A DNA stretch of 20,000 bases from Ancylonema sp. Its lineage: Eukaryota. The position numbers were made by a program, and so were the translations under genes. Below are positions 9,560-19,705 of this stretch, piece by piece. The notes under the pieces are model-generated. The model saw nothing but the letters and a program-made list of their open reading frames with translations. It was not told where the DNA came from and ran no database searches. Each line of letters starts with the position of its first letter. The stretch's first letter is position 1. The DNA lies in assembly GCA_050230475.1 (NCBI GenBank), contig JBFLGF010000126.1:54700-74699 (forward strand), given 5' to 3'.

Positions 9560-11624
9560 TTACTCACATGCCACCTTTGTGTCAAAACTGCTGAGACAGA
9601 TGGCGAAGGCTTGGAAAGCAGAGAGGGGATATCGGTAATCCATCGTGAACGTATCTTTTCCAATCTTTCCGAATTGGAGGAGGACTGGTTTGTCCACATC
9701 CGAGTTATGCCCCCCTCCCTCCACCAACTGGAAGTTTTTAACGGATGCAACCGTCACCCGCCCACGAAAATTAAGGCACCAGCACTGCACATGGGAGGAC
9801 CCACAAATAATGCTCAGTACCATCAGAAGCATCCAGTACACATCAATATATTGTGAAACCAACGGCATAGGATCTGCTGGTGGGATTGCATTTTCTTTAC
9901 TCTCCTTGGGTGTGCTCTGAGCATATAGCAAGTTAACATCCTGAAGTCGTATTCGCTTTGAGATTTGACAGCATTCTCTTTGAATGTGGGACATCATCCT
10001 TGAACCATCCCAACACAATTCACCATTAATCTGTCGAATCCCCTTCCCCCTTCACTCTTTTTCGCACACAGACTCGCCTCCTCCTTGTAAAAAAAATCTT
10101 ACCTGCAGCTGATCGTGCCATCGGGGCGGCTTATTCCTCAGAATCAGCGGCTCCGTCTTTACGGAAGAAGAGCATACCCCACACCCGCAATCTTCCATGC
10201 ACCCACTGCAGTCCGCCACTGCCCCCCTAGATCGCGCTGCTGACGCCCCTGTAGGCATCCGTGGCGGGATCATGGTATCGACTTCCAGCCCCCCCGCAAC
10301 TCCCACTGCTGCTCCAATGGCGGCTCCCCCGCTCACCCCTTCTCCCATTGGAAGAGGCACCACTTCTGCACCCTGCTCTGCCATGTTACACATATCGTCC
10401 ACGGCTTCTGTGAGCACCGTATGCATGGTGGCCACGATTCGGCGAGGGCCACGTGTGCCGAGGACGTTTAAAGCATAGGCGACGGAGATGACAGGGCTGG
10501 GGGAGGGCTTGGGCACAGGAGTCGCACAGGTGGAGTTCCAGTTTGGGTTGGAACCTGAACTTGAACATGGCGAGACCGCCAGTGGCTGACTCGCCTGACA
10601 CATGTGAAATAAATACAACACGATTCAGGGTTGCTGCTACAGCCGCTACATCAGTACAAGCTTTGTCGCATACAAGGATGAACACTGTGGTGTGTTGACA
10701 GCCTGCCTGTGTGCAAGGACAGAGAGAACTAGTTTCTGACACTCGTCCAAGCCCTGACACTCCTCACCTCTTCAGCGTGGTCGTATATCGTGAATTTGGT
10801 GCTCAGAAAGTTCGCCCGAAGTCTTCCCAAGCAAACCTTGCTGCTGACTTTGCAGCTATTCGAACTGAGGGAGATGAGGTAATCCGTACTGGATAATAAC
10901 CAGAGGAAAACAAAAATCAGACGATCGTGTGCGAAGGGTACCTGCTCAGCAGATGAAACAGAAAACTGAAACCGAAAACTGCCCAGGTCAGAAGAGTCGA
11001 CAGAAAAGGCTGAACACGAGAAATCCACACAAGTTGCCAAGGGCAGCATACCAGTTAGGTCGCCAGCTTCCCTTCCGGGCGGACAGGAGGACCTTTTCTG
11101 CTTCCGTATGACTTGGAACCAAACCTAAATATAACGTGTATGCACCGGTGCGCCGATTACGGCGAATAAAGCACTCGGCACACTTGTCTCTTGGACCAGG
11201 TTGCTGCAGGTCTTCCGGAAACGTCGCTATCTCCACACTAGATGCGGACATTACTTCTCTGTGACAAGGAAATTTGGCGTCCATGAGCTTCAAACATCTG
11301 ACTGACAAACAATAAGAAGGAAAGAGGGGCACGGATTCAACATTCATGGCGAATTCGATGAAAGGGAGAATTACCACACGGTGCTGGAACCAGAACTGCA
11401 AAAATTACGCGGAGAATTAAGAGAACGAGTGATTACTTCATCATTTGACGCCAGGTGCGGCACACGCCTGCGGCAGTGACCACAGCCCTACGATGAGGCC
11501 ATGAGGTCGCCTGCTGTTCCACCTTCTCCAAAATATCACGCATGAGCTCTGGCGGAAGGCTGCACCATTGCGGGCTTACATCCTCTGTCATTATACTGCC
11601 TTTTCGACCTACTGCCAACACCAT
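9560..11624 (-). CDS. TLP: Tubby-like F-box protein (plant TLP); 5 coding exons, about 410 aa
   Basis: Minus-strand exons 11624-11437, 11258-11052, 10888-10768, 10594-10103 and 9784-9560 join in frame. F-box [13 protein letters not shown]...[18 protein letters not shown]. Tubby motifs [87 protein letters not shown] and [39 protein letters not shown]. The start codon is less certain than the rest. Confidence 0.94.
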
Positions 11625-12429
11625 GCTAAAGATCTAAAGCTCCCGGCAACCACTAACCCACTGCAGCCAGGAAAGGTCCTTCACAGCTTGCTACAACTGG
11701 GCGGATATTTCACAGATGGCCTAGTCTTCAGCGCTTTGAAAAATTCATTAGCCGTGCAGAATAGCTTAGAAATAGCAATTGTTGGTGGAGATGCAACATG
11801 GGACCCCAAGCTCCAACGAAGGGCCAGTTGGCAGGTATAATCATCAGGACTTGATGAGTCCAAATTGGATTTGACGACCAAACCTGTGAGGCTGCGTCGA
11901 TGACTCGGCGGGGAACTACCGGCACGCGCGAAGGAGGATTTGACGGCTTCGATTTTCCTGTCCTAGTCAACTTCCAGACTGGAGATGGGACCACAGTTAT
12001 GATGTGATTGTGGCCGGAACTCGGGCTTCGTGTTTCCTTGTTGCTGTCCTTTTACTATAGGCACGAAGCCGCACGTAAACACGTTTTCTGAACCAGTGCT
12101 GTCCGCGCAGGCTCAAGCCAGCTTGGCAGATTATGATGATGATGAGATTCTGTGTTGTCGGCGCCCCTGTCTTTGTTTCTGGCTTCCCTGGCCCAACGCA
12201 GACGCGAGAGCTATTTGGAACTGACAACGGCGGTACCGCCCCGCTTCTTGTATAGCAACGTGGTACATATGCCATACACGTTGTACAGTAAATACTCGTT
12301 ATAGGCATCCCTTTGGTTCACGGGTAACATGCGCCTATAGCGCGGTTTTGTATGTAACATGTATGTATGTGAATACTTGCAATGGTGTCATATTCACTTT
12401 GTCGTGCTGTCTGGCATCGTCGACACACA

Positions 12430-12547
12430 CACGTGTTGAGCACCGCTACAACGAATACACGCGCACGTGCCACCGCACTGACGAACACACAAACACGTGG
12501 CTACCACACGTGTGATCACACCTGTCACGTCAGCCTGTTTTACGTCA
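12430..12547 (-). promoter_or_regulatory. G-box/ABRE (ACGT-core) cluster upstream of TLP
   Basis: CACGTG at 12430, 12464, 12494 (within ACACGTGGC, a canonical ABRE) and 12507, plus TGACGTG (about 12526-12532) and TGACGTA (about 12541-12547) on the minus strand. Confidence 0.6.
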
Positions 12548-13087
12548 TAATTCGTTACAGGCTCAAAATCGTCCTTTTTTGTGCGCCTATAATGTTGTGT
12601 GCTAATGCCTATAACGAAGACGATTTGGCGGGGGAAAGTTCGTACACGCGATTTTGGTGCCCGTAACGAGAATTTGTCTATAACGAATATACCTAAAACG
12701 GATATTTACTGTACATAAAATTAGCATTAGATTCATCCAGACATCTGAGCCGTCGACATGTACAGGTTTTATTTGGACTATGCAAGGTATGACTGAACAA
12801 TAAGGGCTTATCTGGCAGAGCACCGTTCTTTTGGGGGTTTGACTTCTGTCAGACCGTCAGCCCTGCGGGTCTGATACAGAACGAATAGTGTGAAAGCGCT
12901 TTCCCCACAAACATCTCGCATTTGTCGCGAAAAAAGTCTGCATTTTTTCAGAAATATCTTCGACGCAACATGTAGTGTCGGCTTCCCAGGGATAAAAGCT
13001 CTGACGGCCCCCCCTCACATCCTTAACAAATTGTCGGTTGATGAAGCGTGTGCCAAACCCACGCCAATTAAACAAGGGGAATGTTAT

Positions 13088-13808
13088 ATGCACGCCAACT
13101 CTGGACAACTGCACGCCCACTGCCGCTCCTTCCTAGCACTCGATCATTTGCTACCAGACGCCAAACTCGGCACTCTGCTCGCGGGTTGCGCCCCACCCGC
13201 ATATCACCATTCGGATGGGGACGGATCGCCCGCGGGCGGGGCTGCATCAATCTGGACATAACGCCATCAATCAGGTAAATCTTGATTGGTTTTTCATATA
13301 CATAACTAGATAGTTTTTTTTTTAATGGGTGTTTTTTGTATCTTGTGACAACACGCAAAAAAAATAATCACTGTAAGCACGCCTTCACGACACGGATTTT
13401 TTTGGTTTAAAACGCCATCCCGCAATTGGGCCCTCCCCCAGCTGCCGGTGGACCCCTTCCTCTCCGCGGTAGGACCCATCCGCCCGTCCGATCTTGAATT
13501 CGCGTCGGAGTATGGGTGGCCGCCCGCGGTCGGCCGGGTGGCCCAACCTTACTCCCATCGTTTCCGGCACCCTCTTCTTTTGCTGACCCTCTCGTAACGC
13601 CTGCCATCTTATACTCTTGTATCCTACGCCCGCCATCGCAGAGCAGCTGCGCACGCAAGGACATGTTGCTACATGCATTAATCGCTCTATCGCGAAACAC
13701 AGACCAACGTCAAAATATGCCGTGGGCATTATGATTTCGTTTTGCGTTTGAGTGGGCGAACGGTATATGGCGGTAATTGGTGTGCAATGAACCAAAGTTG
13801 GCGTGCAT
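13088..13808. mobile_element. Possible decayed non-autonomous DNA transposon bounded by imperfect inverted repeats
   Basis: 13088-13114 (ATGCACGCCAACTCTGGACAACTGCAC) is the reverse complement of 13782-13808 (GTGCAATGAACCAAAGTTGGCGTGCAT) at 22/27 positions, with the terminal 13 bp perfect. No clear TSD and no transposase motif. Confidence 0.3.
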
Positions 13809-15263
13809 GATATTTCTCATTAAATAATTATCCGCGGTGGGGGGGGATGGCGTTACATTAATTTCTAACAAGTGTCGTTTGGGGTTGTGTATAGCCAAAG
13901 ATAATATCCATTCTCGGATTTCGCCCCCAAGGAAGTGGTCACCTGCAATACTAATTATCCCAAAGTTGCACAACACATGATTGCGTGGCAATTGTCGTCC
14001 ACTAGAAATACTCGAATGATAGCATGTCTTCAACGAGTCATTTACCCGGTGCGTTGTTCCCTAACACGTTGTACGAATAGCTATACGAATGCTTACATGC
14101 ATCGTCCGGCGCGTGCCACCACATAATATGGATGACAACTCCGTCAATTGTAATGTGGCGGGTTGTTCAAACTTGCAGCCGCCACTTGCGGCGGTATACC
14201 CGAAGATTAAATCTGAAAAGGTCTCGTAAGTTCGTATTGCGGGCACAACATAATGTTGTGAACCCGAGCAGCCGGAGAAAATGTTCTTGAATGTCAAATT
14301 CTATGTTTTGGGTATGGTTGTGGATGTGTCTAGGAGTGTGGAAAGAATCCCGCTTGGGATGTGGCAAATAGTTGTTACAAGGGGGGGGTTTAGGTCACAG
14401 GGGAACAACATCAATTATGAAATAGTGGCGGGAGGGGATGGTTTACTTATATGGGTTTAGACTATTACACTTAGTACCATGTTCTCCACAAACCTCGCAA
14501 CTAGTTTATGAGCGAGCACATTTCGTCCACCTTTTTGTCTCTTCACTCTTTTTTTGATGCACTTCACTCTTCTTTTCACCAATCTTAGTGACATTTACTC
14601 GAGAAGTAAACAAAATCTACACCACCTCGCACTTTCTCGATTCCTTCTTTCAGGCAACTCCATTGGTCCTGTCATACGAGATGCACGAACTAACTTTCAA
14701 CGCATTTTAATTTCAATTCAAGTGTAACGCGCAAACCTTAGTCGCTCAAAGGTGACCTCTTCATTATTGCATAATATTATCATGTATCATCATACTAATC
14801 TTGCATATGTGAAGGTCTCGACAATTTCGTCATCGACAATATCGTCATCTGAGGTGTAGTCAAGTGAGCTGAACCCCTTTTCGTGCCTTCTTAGAGGTTC
14901 TTTTGTAGTAAATCCTGGTTGGTCACAACATCCAAATTCGACAATACTAGATATGGCATCCTTTTCAGAAAATATGCTCAATAAGAATACCTCATCCAAC
15001 ACTCTCCAGATCTTCTAGATCCATGACCCTATTTTTTTGCAACCCTTCAGGAGCAACGGTTTAGTGTCCTTGGCAGTAATATCGATGTGACTTGTGTACA
15101 CTGAACACTGTGCACACTGAATGATGGCAACTCATATATTTCACATCTCAACACACCTTACATCTCGTCGCAAACAACTCGATGAAACGAAAGAATGCCA
15201 ATTCTGTACTTCAACTCAACACACACACTCAAAAAACATTCAGACGCGATGAGGCATTCGTGC

Positions 15264-15269
15264 TTTATT
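15264..15269 (-). terminator. Putative polyadenylation signal (AATAAA) of RPL12
   Basis: TTTATT on the plus strand, about 220 nt downstream of the RPL12 stop codon and followed by U/GU-rich sequence on the minus strand. Confidence 0.45.
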
Positions 15270-15487
15270 GAGATTTAATAATTGAAAGAGGACGAGCCAG
15301 ACTTGGCCAATTCAGCAGACAGACTCACCTAAGCACTTCTTGCTCACTCACCAGATCTCTATTTTGCAAGTCACGGTTTCTGACCTATACCTTCCTAGTT
15401 CAGACTAGCACTAAGCAAGGGCGATTCGGATTAAGACCGGTACAAAATAAGAGTAATGCTCAGAGATCTTTAAAAGGAAGGGAGAAT

Positions 15488-16048
15488 CTACTTGATGCTA
15501 CATTTGGCACCCGCGGCCTCCAATTGCTTCTTGCCTTCCTCAGCATCATCCTTTCCAATGGCTTCCTTGACGTGTTTAGGGAGACCCTCGATGAGATCTT
15601 TCGCTTCCTTCAGTCCCAGGCCAGTGAGAGCTCGCACAACTTTAATGACCGCGATTCGCTGGGTAGAAGGGACCTCCTCAAGGGTCAGTGTAAACTCTGA
15701 GTGCTCCTCAACAACAGCGGCGGCTTCAACGGGAGCAGCAGCTCCACCAGCACCACCCCCCATCGGCATCATGGCGGAAGCGGTAACTCCAAGCTCCTCT
15801 TGAAGCCGGTCGGTCAGGGTGCGGGCCTGTTCGAGGGTTAATGTTTTGATATCAGAGACGAGCTTGTCAATGTCAAGGGTGGCAGAGGATGCAGAAACAA
15901 CGCCCCGTGAGCTGGATCGACGGAAGGAAAGAGAGGTGGCAGGTGTGGCGACGCCGAATGCGGCCTGCTGCGATGGTCGCGAGATGGCTGAGCTGGCGGC
16001 CAAGCCGCAAGCTGGAACGCATACTGTGGCGTGTGCGAGGGCCGCCAT
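15488..16048 (-). CDS. RPL12: Plastid 50S ribosomal protein L12 (bL12c), nuclear-encoded, intronless, 186 aa
   Basis: Ala/Ser/Arg-rich transit peptide, then [13 protein letters not shown] dimerisation domain ([22 protein letters not shown]), Ala/Gly hinge, and C-terminal domain [28 protein letters not shown]...[10 protein letters not shown]. Confidence 0.97.
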   Translation of the reverse strand: MAALAHATVCVPACGLAASSAISRPSQQAAFGVATPATSLSFRRSSSRGVVSASSATLDIDKLVSDIKTLTLEQARTLTDRLQEELGVTASAMMPMGGGAGGAAAPVEAAAVVEEHSEFTLTLEEVPSTQRIAVIKVVRALTGLGLKEAKDLIEGLPKHVKEAIGKDDAEEGKKQLEAAGAKCSIK

Positions 16049-16308
16049 TTTCCCCCCGTGTCTACTTTTTGCGAGTTTTATTGCTGTCTAGCAGTATGGA
16101 GATTGCTGAGTGGCATAGGCGACTGCGGACGAAAATACTCTCAAATGTGTTCGAGGAAGCCGTGCGAGTTGAGCGTCCTCGGATAGAGCATGGGCGTGGG
16201 CATGGGTTTAACTGACGTGAACAACTCATCGCACATCATTCGATTTAAGTACATCTCGACCGATGGTCACGATATGAGTCCATCTCTGCCGTAGAGTGCA
16301 AGTCTTGC

Positions 16309-16904
16309 CTCTGATATGGGAATATTGTCGGGTTATTTTCAAGTTTTTAATTAACCGGTTCTGAATTATGTATTATTATTTTATTTGACGACCTGCCATT
16401 GTGCGGGTACGTTTGTTGACGTCTGTCTCAAGTTTCGATTACGGGTAGGGTTGTAATTGGTACATTTTGACGTTTTACATTACGGCACGTAATTCGTATA
16501 CTTACGGTGGAATTACCGGACCCCCCCGTCATCTGACTTTTTCAAAAATGTGTTATTATTACACATACGTGTAAGATATCATTACCGTAAACCGTACCGT
16601 ACTGACGTCACATCGAGGACCTTTTGTTTCCCCGACGGCAATACTTTATTGCCGGATTTTGGTCCGGACGTCCTTGCCGTGTAAAATTCGCGCCGATCCG
16701 ATGTCTGTCCAGTATCCGGCCGATGTCTTTGGTCTGTTCCTGCTCTACACGTGCGATGTTAAGTGATGCAGGTGGTATGTAGCTGTGATTTCTGGCCATC
16801 TCAACTCTGATATGGGAATGTTGTCGGATTATTTCCAAGTTTTAAATTAACCGGTCCATAATTATTTATTTTGCGTTTGGGTGCCTGCCTTTGTATGGGT
16901 ACGG
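16309..16904 (+). repeat. Diverged direct repeat of about 100 bp, two copies 496 bp apart
   Basis: Copies start at 16309 and 16805 with CTCTGATATGGGAAT... The first 51 nt match at 47 positions and similarity continues to CCTGCC.TTGT..GGGTACG. Confidence 0.85.
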
Positions 16905-17510
16905 TACAAATGTATGTCTTGGCGACAGTTTTGGACAATTCCACTTTCTTCCTCGGAGTTGCATATTGTTGCTAGTTTTGTCTAGTAGGATCGGCTCACA
17001 TATTTGTCGTTTTTTAGGATATGTAGTTTCTTTACAGGCACGTTCTTGTAATGAGATGGGGTTCCCGTCGTTTTACAATTCTTTTTTCGGAGCTTGGGGG
17101 ATGAGACCGTAATTTAGAATCTGGTTGACTGTTTGGGCTCTTCCACGGACGCCTCATGGTCATACAATCTACCTCCCCTCGTGTCCAATCGAATCTCTAG
17201 TAATCGGATCGCGTCACATCAAATCATGGAGGAATTGTCGCGTTCGAGCAATTGCCGAAAAAAAAATCCTCCGTTCCAGAAAAGCCCGACAAATTCAACG
17301 TACGGATACGTTGCACGTTACTCGACAGTGACGTTGCGATAGAGACTCGGTACTCTGCGCACATCATTTGCGAGGGGTCCGCCGCCCTCCAGACTCCGGG
17401 CAATCTGTACCCGGTTTTCCACAAACTTCGTCGCTCCGTACGCGTCCAAATCATGATAGTCTCCAGTCTCCAGGAAGTGACCATGCTCTCATGAGTATCA
17501 GTTATAACTA

Positions 17511-17569
17511 GACCCGACCGAGACCCAGTGGTGCAGGTTACCCGATACCGATTGGGTCTCTGTTGGGTC
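17511..17569. repeat. Inverted repeat in the RPS16 upstream region
   Basis: GACCCGACCGAGACCCA (17511-17527) versus the reverse complement of 17553-17569, GACCCAACAGAGACCCA: 15/17 match. A third GACCCGACC lies at 17606-17614. Confidence 0.75.
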
Positions 17570-17854
17570 CGAGAATTGGCGAAACTTGGCGCTACGTCGG
17601 TCCCGGACCCGACCAGGCCCTCATCGGCTCCTGAAGACACGAAGAATTGCCCTCAGGCAGTGCTCGCACTGCCGAGGTATTTTTGCCGAATCGTAACAAC
17701 TTTATGCCACACCTAGCGTTTTGCCATGAGGCCGTCGTTGATCTTTGACGGTAGAAGAGGGTCGCCGTCTGCCCACCTGCACCCTCTTCGCGTGCATATG
17801 ACCGTCGTTGCCCGCCAACCTGTCCTCCGCCAATATCTGTGAGGCTTCGCCATC

Positions 17855-19705
17855 ATGGCTACCGAGGTATTGTCCATCTCAAGCTTGCGGAAGCCGGCTG
17901 GCACCTTCCAAACCAAACATGCTGACGTAATGTGGGATTTCTGGGGTTTTACATGAACCATTTGCGCGGTGATCACAGTCGGTGCAGTGCTTCGGACGGA
18001 AGGTATGTCATAAAATACTTTACTATGGTGGCAGCGAACATTATGTGTCGAAGCCGGTGAAGAAACCTGACTTCTTTCGTGTACGCTACATGGATACAGA
18101 AAACGGCGGTGGCAGTCACTCACTGCAAGCGTGGTCGTGGATTGCTGAAGATCAACGGTAAGAGTCGGCGTCTTTTAACTTTGGTTGAGAACGCAGCAGG
18201 TGCTGAAGTGCCAAAGGATTCGTGCTCTGAGGCTGCTAGCTGATTATATAACATCTTTGAAGACGATGTAACTCGTGAAGGCAAATGTCACATCCAGACC
18301 ACCGAGTCTCTGTCCGACGATGCACGCTTAGCGTAAGGACTCTACATGGTTTCCGCCGTAATCAGCACATTTAGCACCCCACACTGTCCGGGAAATTGTG
18401 AAAGTAATACCCTCAAAAGCGTATCACTAAGTGATACGCTTTAGGGTAGTGCGATCAAATCACAAGGAATGGTTTTGGAATGAAGACGGGGAACACACAT
18501 TTGAGTGCATGTGGTACTTATGAGCCCATGTCCAGAAGGTTCATTGCAACTGATATCCGTTTTCCTTGGAGCCTAATCTACTCACGTATATGAACTACAG
18601 CACAGCTCACCATATTTTTGTCCGGAGTCCGCTTTGAAAGGCTTCACTTACTGCTCGGCTGCACAGGGTGCCCCATTGAGTTGGTGGAACCGGAGATTTT
18701 ACGGTTCAAGGCTCTGGAGCCGGTGCTGCTGCTAGGTCGCGCGCGATTCGCAGGAGTGGACATGCGAGTCCGAGTCAAGGGGGGAGGGCACACCTCCCAG
18801 GTCTATGGTGTGTATCCAATCATATGGGGGAAAGTTTGGGGCTTTAGAAGGCTGTGTGCTTCCCTTTGTCATGTATGATGAATCTTGAGAGGGTTTCGAT
18901 TTTCTCTGCAATATGAGAGAGGTGGGAGTAGCAATGGTTTCCGGAAATCCTGTCTTGTGTAGAGGAAATGTAAGGACTCTGGGTGTTGAGTGCTGAGGGC
19001 TGAGTCTTGGTCACTTTCATTCGCATTTCAACCGGTTGTTTGTTTGGCCGGTTGGTTTGTATATGCAGCCATTCGGCAGTCCATCGCCAAGGCCCTTGTG
19101 GCGTGGAATCAGAAGTGTGAGTTTGAAATTTAAGCATTAATAATGGGGCTCGGCGAAGAGGAAGCTGTACAACACGCTCAAGCGAGGGCTACAAATCCCT
19201 GAGCTTTTAATTTGAAGGGTGTTGCGATTATGGGGGTCCTAAGGCTGTATAGAATTCATGTTCTCATGTCAGGGTGATGTTTTGCATGGGCTGTTATAAA
19301 GCAGTCTTATCATCGAATTTTAGAGGGATGTTTGGCTAGGAATTCTCGCCTTGCGTTTACTTGTTCATAGAGTCGCTACTTCTTTTGCAAAACAGTCTTG
19401 GAATGTGCTGTCACACTGTGTTTGTAAAAACAATTATGCATGGGCAACATTGTCTGATTCTCTTGTTCGATAGGTGATCAAGACAATTATCTTGAGAAAT
19501 CTGTCCTATTTTATTTCAACATGCCATTAAATCGATTTGTGAATATGGGGGTTGTGCAGATGTGGATGAGCAAACAAAGCGAGAGCTGAAGGATGTGCTG
19601 CTGCGATACGACCGAACTCTGCTGGTGGCCGATTTCCGACGATGTGAGCCAAAGAAGTTTGGTGGAAGGGGAGCCCGTGCACGTTTCCAGAAGTCCTACC
19701 GATAA
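17855..19705 (+). CDS. RPS16: Cytosolic 40S ribosomal protein S16 (uS9); 6 exons, 142 aa
   Basis: Exons 17855-17866 (MATE), 17979-18002 (SVQCFGRK), 18100-18157 ([20 protein letters not shown]), 18667-18807 (CPIELVEP...[12 protein letters not shown]), 19069-19116 ([16 protein letters not shown]) and 19560-19705 (YVDE...[20 protein letters not shown]). All GT-AG, 429 nt in frame. Mostly absent from the ORF track. Confidence 0.97.
18396..18465. repeat. Palindrome/hairpin in RPS16 intron 3
   Basis: Perfect 13-bp arms AAAGCGTATCACT (18416-18428) and AGTGATACGCTTT (18430-18442), extended by TACCCT/AGGGTA and TTGTGA/TCACAA. Confidence 0.85.

Noticed and set aside
11728..12308. Minus-strand ORFs upstream of TLP
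   Set aside because: Non-ATG or weak starts and no homology. More likely 5'UTR exon or promoter sequence.
15492..16215. Plus-strand ORFs overlapping RPL12
   Set aside because: Antisense shadows of the real CDS.
17726..17842. 38-aa in-frame upstream ORF ending 12 nt before the RPS16 ATG
   Set aside because: RP genes usually have short leaders, so this probably lies partly upstream of the TSS. It cannot be supported without TSS data.
19147..19205. GCTC...CTGAGC segment in RPS16 intron 5 as a second snoRNA
   Set aside because: The C box is too degenerate (GCGAAGA) and I recognise no guide sequence.
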